A DNA stretch of 64,000 nucleotides, taken from the NCBI RefSeq assembly GCF_009914755.1, contig NC_060941.1; one strand, written 5' to 3'. Made by a program: the position numbers and the translations under genes. Positions 62,770-64,000 of the stretch are shown in pieces. Source of the stretch: the human T2T-CHM13v2.0 reference genome, Homo sapiens. Each line of letters begins with the position of its first letter. Position 1 is the first letter of the stretch. Below the pieces are notes generated by a model. That model was given only the letters and a program-made list of their open reading frames with translations. It had not been told where the DNA came from and searched no databases.

Positions 62770-64000
62770 CTCAGTTCAGTTAATAATGAGTCCTACTGTG
62801 TGGCAGTTGAGAACATGAAGATAACCAGAACACAGTTCCCGCCCTCAAGGGACTGATGAGAAGTAGCCACGTTTTGTAGGAACGGGCAAATGAAGTGGCA
62901 AAGGAAGGTGGCCATGGGTTGCCATAGGAGCGCAGGTGAGGGATGAGGAAAGGAAGCACTAAACCAGGTCAGCTTGTGACGTGGGATAAAGAAGGCTTCT
63001 TGCAGGTAAAGCCAGAGCTGAATTTGGAAGATGGTAGGAGTTCACCTGCTAACCTGGGAGGTGTGAGTGGAGTGCCTGCGTCTGGACCCACTTTGAGCAA
63101 TTGGAAAGCCTGTATAGGAAACCATAGGTGACATGATGCCAAGTGGACATGACATTCAGGGAGATGATAGGCAGAAGGTGAGGCCAAAGAAGTTGGCTGG
63201 ATGTATGTCAGAGAACGTGGTTTTTATGCAGTCATTGATGGAAAGCTCATGACGCATTCAGTGATGTGGACGGCTTTGTGCTCTCTGCAGACCACTCTGA
63301 GGGCAGTGTGGAGGTGGAGGCAGAGAGATTAGGTAAGAGGTTTTTGTGAAAGTTCAAGTGAGATAAGGAATGAACTAGGGCAGTGGTAGTAAGAATGAGG
63401 AGAAGGGAGAAAACCTGCCAAATACTTAAAAAAATTAGCAGCCATATGCCGGTTAAGTGTATGAGTGGTGAGACAGAGGGAACATTGAAGATAACCCACA
63501 GATTTCTGGCAGTGGTTCCGTGATCTGAAATTAGGAATATAAGAATAGACACTGAGGGTGGACAGGATCAATTCCCTTTTGGACATTTTGGGTTTGATGT
63601 GTCTGTAGAAGACACAAATGGTGATGTCCAGTTCACCTTGGGTTTGTGAGTCAAATTTGACAGATTCAGATAGAGACACACTCTTGGTTCTTATTAGATG
63701 TATGCAGTAGTTAAAACTATGAAAGCAGATCCATCCCCTATGTTGGAGGGGCACAAAGAAAAGGAGCAGCCCACCAAGGAGCTGGAGAATGAGAATCGGG
63801 GTGGACCAAGAGGGAGTCGTGTCTCAGGGGCTGGGGAAAGTAGAAAGGTTCCAGAATGAGTGAGTGGTCAGGAACTTCAGATGTAGCAAAAGAGGTCTTA
63901 GAATGTAAAGATGGAGTCACTTGGCAGTGTCAAGATACAAAGACTGAATAAGTTTGGCAGCGTGGAGATACCAGGCCGTGTGAAGATCCTTAGGACCTTT
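62770..64000 (-). mobile_element. L2 (long antisense fragment, runs to the window end)
   Basis: gagtcctactgtgtggc...cccgccctcaagg; gagctgaatttggaagatg; ttttggacattttgggtttgatgtgtctgtag. Confidence 0.75.

Overview
Primate (very probably human) nuclear DNA with no recognisable protein-coding sequence. It looks like the interior of a very long intron of a gene transcribed on the + strand: the L1 fragments are antisense, the + strand is visibly T/G-rich, and the best splice-signal pairs lie on +. I cannot name the host gene from sequence alone. The window holds about 41 Alu elements or monomers (about 27 minus, 14 plus), a full-length 7SL (SRP RNA) retropseudogene, a THE1-type solo LTR with its target-site duplication (TSD), an MLT1-like fragment, DNA transposon fossils (Charlie1a, MER20, MER33, MER81, Tigger4a, MER5A/MER103-like), L1M, L2, MIR and CR1 fragments, microsatellites, and several repeat-free, motif-rich islands that look like enhancers. 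The ORF track is Alu-derived or chance ORFs. Best leads: (1) a 157-bp locally templated insertion with a snap-back hairpin inside the THE1 LTR, resembling a polymerase-theta repair scar; (2) a second local templated duplication inside an L1; (3) a well-formed recursive-splice-site motif at 24875; (4) several candidate cassette exons and a 12-nt microexon; (5) tightly spaced inverted Alu/Alu and Alu/7SL pairs. I see no evidence of a new multi-gene system. Repeat family names come from recalled consensus sequences, and boundaries are approximate.
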